In this document: positions 56,648 to 64,000 of the stretch, one piece after another
Layout of the letters: every line of letters begins with the position of its first letter
Numbering within the stretch: the first letter of the stretch is position 1
DNA from: Pinirhizobacter sp.
GTDB lineage: Bacteria > Pseudomonadota > Gammaproteobacteria > Xanthomonadales > Rhodanobacteraceae
DNA: 64,000 nt
Assembly (NCBI RefSeq): GCF_036499745.1
Contig: NZ_DASYDG010000033.1
Span: 33,662-97,661, forward strand
Direction of reading: 5' to 3'
Notes under the pieces: generated by a model
The model's input: only the letters and a program-made list of their open reading frames with translations
The model's database searches: none
Told to the model about the DNA's origin: nothing
Made by a program: the position numbers and the translations under genes

Positions 56648-59600
56648 TTAGAACGCCATAACCAAATGCGCTGACAACATCTGCGCCTGATCACGTTGTC
56701 CGTTCTCGTAGTCGTAGCCGAAGTTCAGTGATGTGCGCGGTGACAGCCTGGCGTCCAGGCCCACATTTAACACCCCGCTGTAGCGAGACAGGCCAATGCC
56801 CAGCAGCGGCTGCCATTGCTGCAGGCCGACGAAACTGGCCTCGAACACGTCGCCGCGTGAAGCAAGGGTGCGCTGGAACTGCGCGCTCGCGTGGAAATCC
56901 AGCGCGCGGCCATCGCCGAAGTCCCAGTGGTGATTGGCGCGCAGGCCTACGCCCGCCTGCCAGCGATCCAGCGTCTGGGCATTCGCCTGCAGGCCGAAAC
57001 CACCCGCGCCCTGCTCGGCGAAACCACCGCGGTCAATGCTCGCGTATTCCACGTTGACGAAGGGCATGATGCGACTACCCGCCCAGTTCAGATGCAGACC
57101 AGTCTCGCCATAGGCTACGTTGTAGTTGCCGCTATATGCGGTCCCCACACCTTGTGCGCTGGTGCCAAGCAGCAGTTGGCGATTCACATCCTGCTGGAAA
57201 TGACCGAAGCCGATGCGGCCCTGCGTGTACCAGTTGCCGTTGAGCGCACCGGCGTAGAACATGCCTTCGGTGTTTCGGCTGTGGTTGTGGTCGTAGCCCT
57301 GTTCGAGTTGTTGCTTTCCCTGGCTCTGGCCGAACGCGAAACCGGCCACGCCGGAACTGCCGATCTTCAGGTCGTTGCCGACCAGCCACCCATTCAACTG
57401 GAAGCCGACGCCATCGAAGCCGGCGCGCCCCATGTCGCCACCCACGTCGAGGTTCTGCGTCCACATGCCATAGCCGATATTCTTGCCGAGCAGATCGTCG
57501 AAGCGATCGGCCAGCGCGCGGCTGGATGCATCGATGGCCTCGAAGGTCATGGCCGCACTGGCCGCATGCAGCTGGCCAGACAGACTCTGCAACGAGGCTT
57601 GCGCTGCCTGCACCGTGGGCGCTTGCTGGAACTCCCCCGCGGCCTTCACGAAGTTGTCCGGGACGTCCGAGAGGGTGCCGCTGGCGATCTTCTTGTCCAG
57701 CTGTGTGAAAGCGCTCTGCACGCGCTGCGCGCTGCCGAGGGAAGCCGGCGTGAATGACCCGCCACTGCGCATGATCGCAGCGGTGATGTTCAGGCCAGTT
57801 GTATCCAGCCACACGCTGTTGGCGTTGTAGTTGATGGTGGTTGCGGTAAACACCACTCCGGTGTCCTTGGCCAGTTGGCTGAAGGTACCGGTGACGCCTC
57901 CTGTGGCGGTGAGCACATCGGTATGCGTGTTGCTGGTGTAGCCGCTGCCGGCGCCGGTGATCTCCAGCGTGCCGCCGAGTGCGGCAGAACCGTTGACGGC
58001 AAGCTTACTGCCCAGGCTGACGGCCAGTGTGCCGGTGGGGACCTGGGTATAGTTGCCGCCGATGGCCGAGTCACCGCCGTGCACCGCGACCTTCCCGGCA
58101 TTGGTGAGGTTTCCAGTCACCCCGGGGACGCCGTCCAGCGTACCGCCGGCATTTGCGACCACGTCGCCCGATAGCGCCTGTGTTGCATGCAGCGAACCGG
58201 CGTTGATGGATGTATTGACGACGCCCTGCAGCGCGTTGTCGTCCAGGACCCAGGTGCCACCACCGTTCTTGATCAGGTTTCCACCGAACGTCGTCGCGCC
58301 TGTCACCGCGTTTGAATACAGCTGGGTGGTGCCGGCCGTGCCGTCGAGCGTCAGCGTGGACTGGGTGTTGACACCGATTCTCAGCGCGCCGTGAATATAT
58401 CCACCTGCGATCAAGGTGATGTTATTGATGACTCCTGGATCCATCTGTACGTCGCCAACGATGTAACCCGCGTTGGAGAGCGTCAGGGTTCCGTTCGAAC
58501 CGTAGTTGCCGAAAGCATGGTAAACGGGCACGTAGATGCTACAGGCAAGTGTGACCGAACAATCACCGGAAGGTGCCGCCGTCGCTTCGATGGTCGATCC
58601 CGCACCGTTGATGACAGTACCACCGAAACCCAAACCAATTCCTTCTTGGGCTCCCGTGATCTTGCTGCCGCCGGTGTTGTTCACAGTGCTGGTCGCGCTT
58701 GACTGGCTTCCTATGGATACTCCGACGTTTCCCGAGATGATGCTCGCTCCATCATTGGTCACTATGCCGCCGTCAGACATGAGGATTCCGCTATTCTTCC
58801 CCAGAATGATGCTTGCGCCAAGGTTGTTTATTACGGCGCTGTTGGCAAAGGTTTCTATGCCGAAGCTTATGGGGAAATTGTACGGCGGATTGCTTCCAGA
58901 CGTGATCTGACCCCCATTGGTATTGTTGACCAAGGTTGGACTACCGCTGATACCGTCAGAAAAGTTGCCTGAGATGGTTCCTCCGGTATTGTTCACCACA
59001 CCTTGTGATGTCACGCCGGTGAAACCACGAATCAGGCTGCCAGTGCCGTTGGTCAATGTACTATTCAGACCCAACTGGACGGCGGGCACGTCAATCGAAT
59101 AGGACGGATGCTCGTTGTCAATGACGCCGCCATTGTGGTTCAGCACATTAACTGCGCCACCACTCACGAACGGGACGTTGACAGCCTCCGTCGTCATGAC
59201 GCCCGAATTGTCCACTGTTGCGCCATCCTCAAGCTCAGCGAACCCCGTGCTCGCGCCTTGGTCAATCTGCAGGACCGCGTGGGCATTGTTGCCACCCACC
59301 AGAATCTTAGAACTGAGCGACGCCCCGCTCGCGACCCTCAGCGTCCCGTCTGTGACATACGTCGCGCCGTCAATTCTTAAGCTGCCAAACGTGTTCACGC
59401 CGGTGAGTGTCAGGGTATTTGTGCCTAACTTGATCAGCTTTCCATACGTGCCACTGATGGCGCCGCTGTAGGTCAAGTCGTTACTGCGATCGAAAGCTAA
59501 CGTCCCACCGTTAACTACATCGCCGACTAGCGAACCCGTGGTGCCGCCGTTACCAATCTGCAGCGTACCCAAATCGATCTCGGTAACGCCGGTATTCTTG

Positions 59601-62071
59601 AAATCGCCAGTGACAGTGAGCGTGTTGAAGCCCATCTTTTGCACCGAGCCGGTGCCCGTGACCTGATGGCTGAACACAACGTCGTCCGTTCGGTTAAATG
59701 CCAGCTTCCCATTGTTCGTGATGTCGCCCGCGACCCAGCCCGTGCTGCCTTGACTGCCCAGTTGCAACGTACCGCCGCTAATAAGCGTGCCGCCGGTATA
59801 CGTGTTGTTGGCACTCAGCGAAAAGGCGCCCGCCCCTTCCTTGATCAGGTTGCCGCTGCCGCTTATCAAACCGCCGTAGCCAAATATTGTGCCGGGCGAG
59901 CTTCCGTAATTGAACACCAAGGTTCCGCTGTTCGTCGTGTCGCCGCCGAAAATCTGGCCGGTCGTGCCACCGTTGCCTACCTGCAACGTGCCCCTGCTGA
60001 TGGTGATGCCATTGGGGAGGTAGTTGCTGTTGGTCAAGATCAGCGTGCCGGTGCCAGCCTGGGTCATCGAACCATTGCCGCTGACCTTGCCGTCGAAGGT
60101 CACGGTATCGCTGCGGTCGAACACCAGCGAAGCATTGTTGGTGATGTCGCCGGTGATCGAACCGGTGGTGCCGCCATTACCAATCTGCAGAGTGCCGGCA
60201 GAGATGGTCGTAGGGTCGGTATTGTAATAGGTCTGGGTGCCGTCCTCAGTGAGGTTGCCGGTCAGGATCAGGGTTCCTGCACCGTCCTTGATCAACGCGC
60301 CGGTCCCGGTGATGTTGCTGTTGAAGATCACATCGTCGCCGCGATTAAATCTCACATACCGATTGTTGACGATGTCACCGGTGATCCAGCCAGTCGTACC
60401 GCCGTTGCCGATCTGCAGAACGCCGTCGCTGATCGTAGTTCCACCGCCGTATGTGTTGTTGCCGGTAAGTACCAGTGTACCGATCCCGGCCTGTGTCACC
60501 GAGCCGCTACCGCTGATGACGCCGTCGAAGTTGTAGAGATCGCTGCGGAAAAAAGCCAGGGTGGCGTTGTCGGTGACGTTGCCAATAATCGATCCGCTGG
60601 TAAATCTATTGCCGATCTGCAGTGTGCCGCCACTTACTGTGGTGCCGCCCGTGTAGGTGTTTTCGCCACCGAGCACGAGCGTGCCTGCGTCGGTCTTGAC
60701 CAAGCCCACGCTGCCAGCAAGTACGCTGTTGATGGTGGCGGCGTAGGTTAGGCCGGCCGTGGTGCCGTTAGCCACGCGGATGATTGAATGTGTCGGGTCG
60801 TTTTCGCTGCCAACCATGTGGATAGCATCGCCCTGCACCACGTATCCGTTGCCCAATTCCATCCCAGCAACATTGATGTCGCCATTGGCGGCATCGACAG
60901 TTACTGTGCCGTACGCACCCTGAAACACCGCGAAGGAACCGTCGTTAAACGTTGTATTGACTGCGCCGCTAGCATCGGTCCAGTTGGTGTTGGAAGCCGG
61001 ACTATTGTTTTGCCAGATGCCACCGCCGCCGTTGTTCACGTGGTCATTTTTTGCGCCAACATCCCAGAAACTAAAAGTCATGCCCTGCGTGTTGATCAAA
61101 TTGACGTTCTTCTCCGAGCCGGTCTGTACGAGCCAGCCATCGGGCACGCTTAAACCGTTGTCGATCAAGGTGCCGCCGTAAAAGAACAGATGGTAGACGC
61201 CAGGGCCCGGCATATCTCCCGCTGCAAGATTGACGTTGAGCACGCCATCGAGCGTCAGGTCGCCTCGAACGAAGATAAAATCGCCCAGCCGGGCGCCACT
61301 GGCGTCGGGCGCAGCAAAGTCGTAGTTCAGCTTCGAACCAGAAGACAAGCTGAGATTGCCATTCATGGTGAGCGTGCCGATCGCCCCCTTGCTGCCAGGC
61401 GCCAGGGTGGCACCGTCGGCGACGGTGACATTACCGCCGATGATGCCCTTGCCGCCCAGTGTCGCACCACCGGCAACGGTGGTTGCACCCATGGCCGCGG
61501 TCTGGTCGCCGTCCACGTACAGGCCACCCGCTTGCACCTGCAAACTGCCGTTGTAGCTGTTGCTGCCGGTAAGCGTCAGAACGTTGGTGCCGTTCTTGAT
61601 CAGGCCGCCCGTGCCGCTGACCGTATTGGCGAAGCTGAAGTCGTCGGAACGATTGAAAGCCAGCGTGCCGTTGTCAACGATATTGCCCACGATACTGCCG
61701 GTGGTACCGCCGTTGCCAAGCTGCAGCGTGCCCAGGTTGATGGTGGTGCCGCCGGCATACGTGCTAGTGCCGGTGAGCGCCAGCGTACCGGCGCCACCCT
61801 TGATCAGGTTGATCGAGCCGCTGAGGTTATCTGGGAGCACCGTGACACTGTTCGCATCGACGTCGATTTCGCCGCCGGTGAACGTGGTATCGCCTGCGGG
61901 CGGGGGAGGTGGTTGCGTGGGTTTGACATTGGCGCCGCCTCCGCCCCCGCCCCCACCGCCACAGGCCGACAGCCCAAGTGCCAAAGCCACAGCCAGCGCT
62001 ACTGCGCACGGCCTGAACCCGACGCCCAAAGTCATACGACCGGGTGCGCCCACACCTCGCAGTGCTTCCAT
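56648..62071 (-). CDS. Lipidated autotransporter with PATR-repeat beta-helical passenger
   Basis: Lipobox LALGLSAC then poly-Gly and a Pro linker; repeated KxGxGTLxLTGxNTYxGGT units; C-terminal barrel ending in AF. ATG 62071 follows GGGGAAA. Confidence 0.92.
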   Translation of the reverse strand: MEALRGVGAPGRMTLGVGFRPCAVALAVALALGLSACGGGGGGGGGANVKPTQPPPPPAGDTTFTGGEIDVDANSVTVLPDNLSGSINLIKGGAGTLALTGTSTYAGGTTINLGTLQLGNGGTTGSIVGNIVDNGTLAFNRSDDFSFANTVSGTGGLIKNGTNVLTLTGSNSYNGSLQVQAGGLYVDGDQTAAMGATTVAGGATLGGKGIIGGNVTVADGATLAPGSKGAIGTLTMNGNLSLSSGSKLNYDFAAPDASGARLGDFIFVRGDLTLDGVLNVNLAAGDMPGPGVYHLFFYGGTLIDNGLSVPDGWLVQTGSEKNVNLINTQGMTFSFWDVGAKNDHVNNGGGGIWQNNSPASNTNWTDASGAVNTTFNDGSFAVFQGAYGTVTVDAANGDINVAGMELGNGYVVQGDAIHMVGSENDPTHSIIRVANGTTAGLTYAATINSVLAGSVGLVKTDAGTLVLGGENTYTGGTTVSGGTLQIGNRFTSGSIIGNVTDNATLAFFRSDLYNFDGVISGSGSVTQAGIGTLVLTGNNTYGGGTTISDGVLQIGNGGTTGWITGDIVNNRYVRFNRGDDVIFNSNITGTGALIKDGAGTLILTGNLTEDGTQTYYNTDPTTISAGTLQIGNGGTTGSITGDITNNASLVFDRSDTVTFDGKVSGNGSMTQAGTGTLILTNSNYLPNGITISRGTLQVGNGGTTGQIFGGDTTNSGTLVFNYGSSPGTIFGYGGLISGSGNLIKEGAGAFSLSANNTYTGGTLISGGTLQLGSQGSTGWVAGDITNNGKLAFNRTDDVVFSHQVTGTGSVQKMGFNTLTVTGDFKNTGVTEIDLGTLQIGNGGTTGSLVGDVVNGGTLAFDRSNDLTYSGAISGTYGKLIKLGTNTLTLTGVNTFGSLRIDGATYVTDGTLRVASGASLSSKILVGGNNAHAVLQIDQGASTGFAELEDGATVDNSGVMTTEAVNVPFVSGGAVNVLNHNGGVIDNEHPSYSIDVPAVQLGLNSTLTNGTGSLIRGFTGVTSQGVVNNTGGTISGNFSDGISGSPTLVNNTNGGQITSGSNPPYNFPISFGIETFANSAVINNLGASIILGKNSGILMSDGGIVTNDGASIISGNVGVSIGSQSSATSTVNNTGGSKITGAQEGIGLGFGGTVINGAGSTIEATAAPSGDCSVTLACSIYVPVYHAFGNYGSNGTLTLSNAGYIVGDVQMDPGVINNITLIAGGYIHGALRIGVNTQSTLTLDGTAGTTQLYSNAVTGATTFGGNLIKNGGGTWVLDDNALQGVVNTSINAGSLHATQALSGDVVANAGGTLDGVPGVTGNLTNAGKVAVHGGDSAIGGNYTQVPTGTLAVSLGSKLAVNGSAALGGTLEITGAGSGYTSNTHTDVLTATGGVTGTFSQLAKDTGVVFTATTINYNANSVWLDTTGLNITAAIMRSGGSFTPASLGSAQRVQSAFTQLDKKIASGTLSDVPDNFVKAAGEFQQAPTVQAAQASLQSLSGQLHAASAAMTFEAIDASSRALADRFDDLLGKNIGYGMWTQNLDVGGDMGRAGFDGVGFQLNGWLVGNDLKIGSSGVAGFAFGQSQGKQQLEQGYDHNHSRNTEGMFYAGALNGNWYTQGRIGFGHFQQDVNRQLLLGTSAQGVGTAYSGNYNVAYGETGLHLNWAGSRIMPFVNVEYASIDRGGFAEQGAGGFGLQANAQTLDRWQAGVGLRANHHWDFGDGRALDFHASAQFQRTLASRGDVFEASFVGLQQWQPLLGIGLSRYSGVLNVGLDARLSPRTSLNFGYDYENGQRDQAQMLSAHLVMAF
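59350..60720 (-). repeat. Six tandem about 60-aa passenger repeats (GTLQIGNGGTTG...FxRxD), plus one more copy near the N-terminus
   Basis: In the translation: GNRFTSG, GNGGTTGW, GNGGTTGS, GNGGTTGQ, GSQGSTGW, GNGGTTGS. Coordinates approximate. Confidence 0.8.
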
Positions 62072-62180
62072 GTATTTTCCCCTGTTGTGGGCGCATCTTG
62101 CCGCAAGAATGGGCGGCACGCCTTGTGCGCTGCCGCATGCGATCGAGAAGGACGAGCCGCCCGTGGCTCGCTTCAGGGGC

Positions 62181-62843
62181 TTAGTGCAGTGACTTCAGCC
62201 ACGGCGTGACCTTGGCTACCCAGATGTCGTAACCCTGGCGATTCATGTGCAGGCCGTCGGCGATGAAGAGTTCGGGCCGTGGCTGGCCGTTTTTGTCGAG
62301 CATGTCGGGCCAGATGTCCAGGAAGGCCACGTTCTTCTGCGTGGCTGCCCACGTCTTGATCATGTCGTTGGCCTGGTGCATCGGTGCCATCAGGGACTTC
62401 CGGGCCACGCTGGGCTTGATCGCGATGAAGGCGATGGGCACGTTGGGCTGTGCCTTGCGCACCTTCGAGACGAAAGCCTTGAAGTCGTCGAACACGCCCT
62501 GCGGCGTGTCGCCACCCATGATGTCGTTGTCGCCGGCGTACACCACGATGGCCCTGGCCTTGTATGGGGTAACGATGCGGTCGGCGAAATACACCGAATC
62601 ATCAAGGTCCGAACCGCCAAAGCCGCGGTTGATGGTGTGCACGAAGGGAAAGTCTTCGCTCAAGGATTTCCAGAAGCGGATCGAGGACGAACCGACGAAG
62701 AGCACCGAGCCCGGCGGTGGCGGGTTGGCTTTGTCTTCGGCCTGGAAGGCGGCGATGTCCTTGTCCCATACGCCGTGGGCATTTTCCTTGGCGAAGGAAA
62801 TTGCGGGAAGCAACAGGAACAGCACGATAAGCAGGCGTTTCAT
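62181..62843 (-). CDS. Secreted SGNH/GDSL hydrolase
   Basis: Signal peptide MKRLLIVLFLLLPAISFA; GSSS, INRGFGGS, YAGDND, DGLH. Confidence 0.92.
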   Translation of the reverse strand: MKRLLIVLFLLLPAISFAKENAHGVWDKDIAAFQAEDKANPPPPGSVLFVGSSSIRFWKSLSEDFPFVHTINRGFGGSDLDDSVYFADRIVTPYKARAIVVYAGDNDIMGGDTPQGVFDDFKAFVSKVRKAQPNVPIAFIAIKPSVARKSLMAPMHQANDMIKTWAATQKNVAFLDIWPDMLDKNGQPRPELFIADGLHMNRQGYDIWVAKVTPWLKSLH

Positions 62844-62954
62844 GGGGACCTCGCGGTGGATTCGCGCCAGTGACGTACGGCTAAGGAGCCTCGTCGCGAT
62901 CCATGAGGGTGCCAGATATCGTGGCAAGTTGGTGTATCGATGGGCCAACGGACC

Positions 62955-63268
62955 GGACGAATGAACCACCCAGGCATGCCCTGCCTGTCAGCCCCGGTCA
63001 CGTCATGGTGTTCATGACCGGTTAGCCAGCCGCGGATCACTCCGACACGACCCGATGGTTCATTCGTCCTGCGCTGACTCGTGCAGGAGCATTCGCCACT
63101 CTGTTTTCACTCAGAGTGGCGGGCGAGCCAGGGTAGAAAACCGCTTATGATCCAATACGGCCGGGCCGAAGCCCGCCTGACCGCCCGCCATAGAAAGACG
63201 GGAAATCACGGGTACCGCAGGAGATGGGCCTGCGATACCCGGGATCATAAAAACGGGTTTCTACACCC
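62955..63268. other. Candidate structured non-coding element (ncRNA or MITE-like)
   Basis: Perfect 14-bp IR at 62955-68/63056-69; 10-bp hairpin at 63094-63121; long imperfect IR 63131-53/63242-68 enclosing further stems. Confidence 0.45.
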
Positions 63269-63704
63269 GACCGCCAGGAGTTGCCCCGGCGGCATGCAAA
63301 TGATCCCGGATTCGCCGCTACAACTCCATATAGTAAGCGTCGCAAAGTTTGCGCCGACAGCCCATCGGACGAAGCTCAAATGGGATGGCGTGAACGCCGG
63401 CAGCGATACCCAGCGCCCAGGGACCTTCAACGTCGATGGGACCCAGCCTTCTCGTCCGAACCAGATGGCTTTTCCCAAAGGCGCCCAAGTCGAACGACCT
63501 TGCAGTGATAGCAAGCGTTGTCTACCCCTGACGCCTTTCGGGATGTTGACCTAACCTACCGGCCGGGAAGACCACGGGCAGCCACCGCTTGTCCCCAGCG
63601 GCCCACCTTTTGTCCCCGAATCGAGTCAATCCGGCCCCTTGCATCTAGCCCGGCAGCCGCTGACCGGCGAGTATTTGGGTTCAACGATCCAGGGGAATTG
63701 CAAC

Positions 63705-64000
63705 GTGCACAGCCGTGAATGGTTCAAACTCCCGCCTGCAGTTGTGGTCCCCAAGGAAAGTATCACCCCGGTACTGATCATTGCCGTGCTCTTTGGCTTA
63801 GGCCACGTGTTGACCAACGGGCAATACGGCTTCCACCGGGATGAACTGCAGTTCTTGAGCGACGCCCAGCATCTGGATTGGGGCTTCGTACCCTACCCAC
63901 CGCTGACGTCTGCGCTCGAGCTTGTGGCGTTCAAGCTGTTTGGGCTGTCGCTGGTGGGGTTGCGGCTGTTCTCGGTATTGGCCCAAGTCGTGGTGATCCT
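63705..64000 (+). CDS. Glycosyltransferase family 39 (ArnT/PMT-like), N-terminal part
   Basis: Manual translation from GTG 63705: ...TNGQYGFHRDELQFLSDAQHLDWGFVPYPPLT...LRLFSVLA; RBS AGGGGA. Runs off the window. Confidence 0.85.
   Translation, partial: MHSREWFKLPPAVVVPKESITPVLIIAVLFGLGHVLTNGQYGFHRDELQFLSDAQHLDWGFVPYPPLTSALELVAFKLFGLSLVGLRLFSVLAQVVVI

Noticed and set aside
59350-61800. Recurring GCCGCCGTT/GTGCCGCC-type DNA repeats as a CRISPR or DGR array
   Set aside because: Degenerate codon-level repeats of the autotransporter passenger; no constant repeat-spacer structure, cas or reverse transcriptase.
63081-63554. 157-aa plus-strand and 89-aa minus-strand ORFs in the intergenic region
   Set aside because: No recognisable domain, no clear RBS, and overlap with structured sequence; cannot be supported as genes, though a decayed gene is not excluded.
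62955-63700. tmRNA, RNase P RNA, 6S, hammerhead, c-di-GMP or cobalamin riboswitch assignment
   Set aside because: Hallmark motifs not found on either strand (e.g. GAGGAAAGUCC, tRNA-like TTCGA/CCA ends, CUGANGA). The GGGGCTGA on the minus strand lacks the following TTCGAC.

Overview
GC-rich gammaproteobacterial chromosome segment. Gene content and sequence style suggest Xanthomonadales, probably Rhodanobacteraceae (Luteibacter/Dyella-like); this is inference only. Most of the window is ordinary metabolic and transport genes: a six-hairpin glycosidase, a MocR/CMD pair, GST, a TonB receptor upstream of a YehZYXW/OsmF-type ABC transporter, a complete dgoR-K-A-D-SDR-lactonase-GalP oxidative galactose cluster, glnA with sigma54 and NtrC sites, uppP, a wHTH-TPR regulator, a serine hydrolase, GH127, LysR plus a MexEF-OprN-like pump, cycA, a yqjD/E/K-like operon, phhA, a 1.8k-aa lipidated autotransporter, an SGNH hydrolase and a partial GT39. 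One clear accessory island (about 24.4-32.25 kb, visibly lower GC, no integrase) sits at the 3' end of glnA. It carries a translationally coupled type I RM operon hsdR-hsdS-rhuM-hsdM and a divergent 166-aa gene that resembles SeqA in both domains, behind a perfect 13-17-13 bp inverted repeat. This is the best candidate for an undescribed system: a methylation-sensing regulator or guard of a type I RM locus. A second highlight is a gene-free region at about 62.95-63.27 kb with two long-stem multibranch folds (candidate ncRNA or MITE). No CRISPR, rRNA, tRNA, IS or prophage was recognised. All family calls come from motif recognition by eye; no database searches were run.
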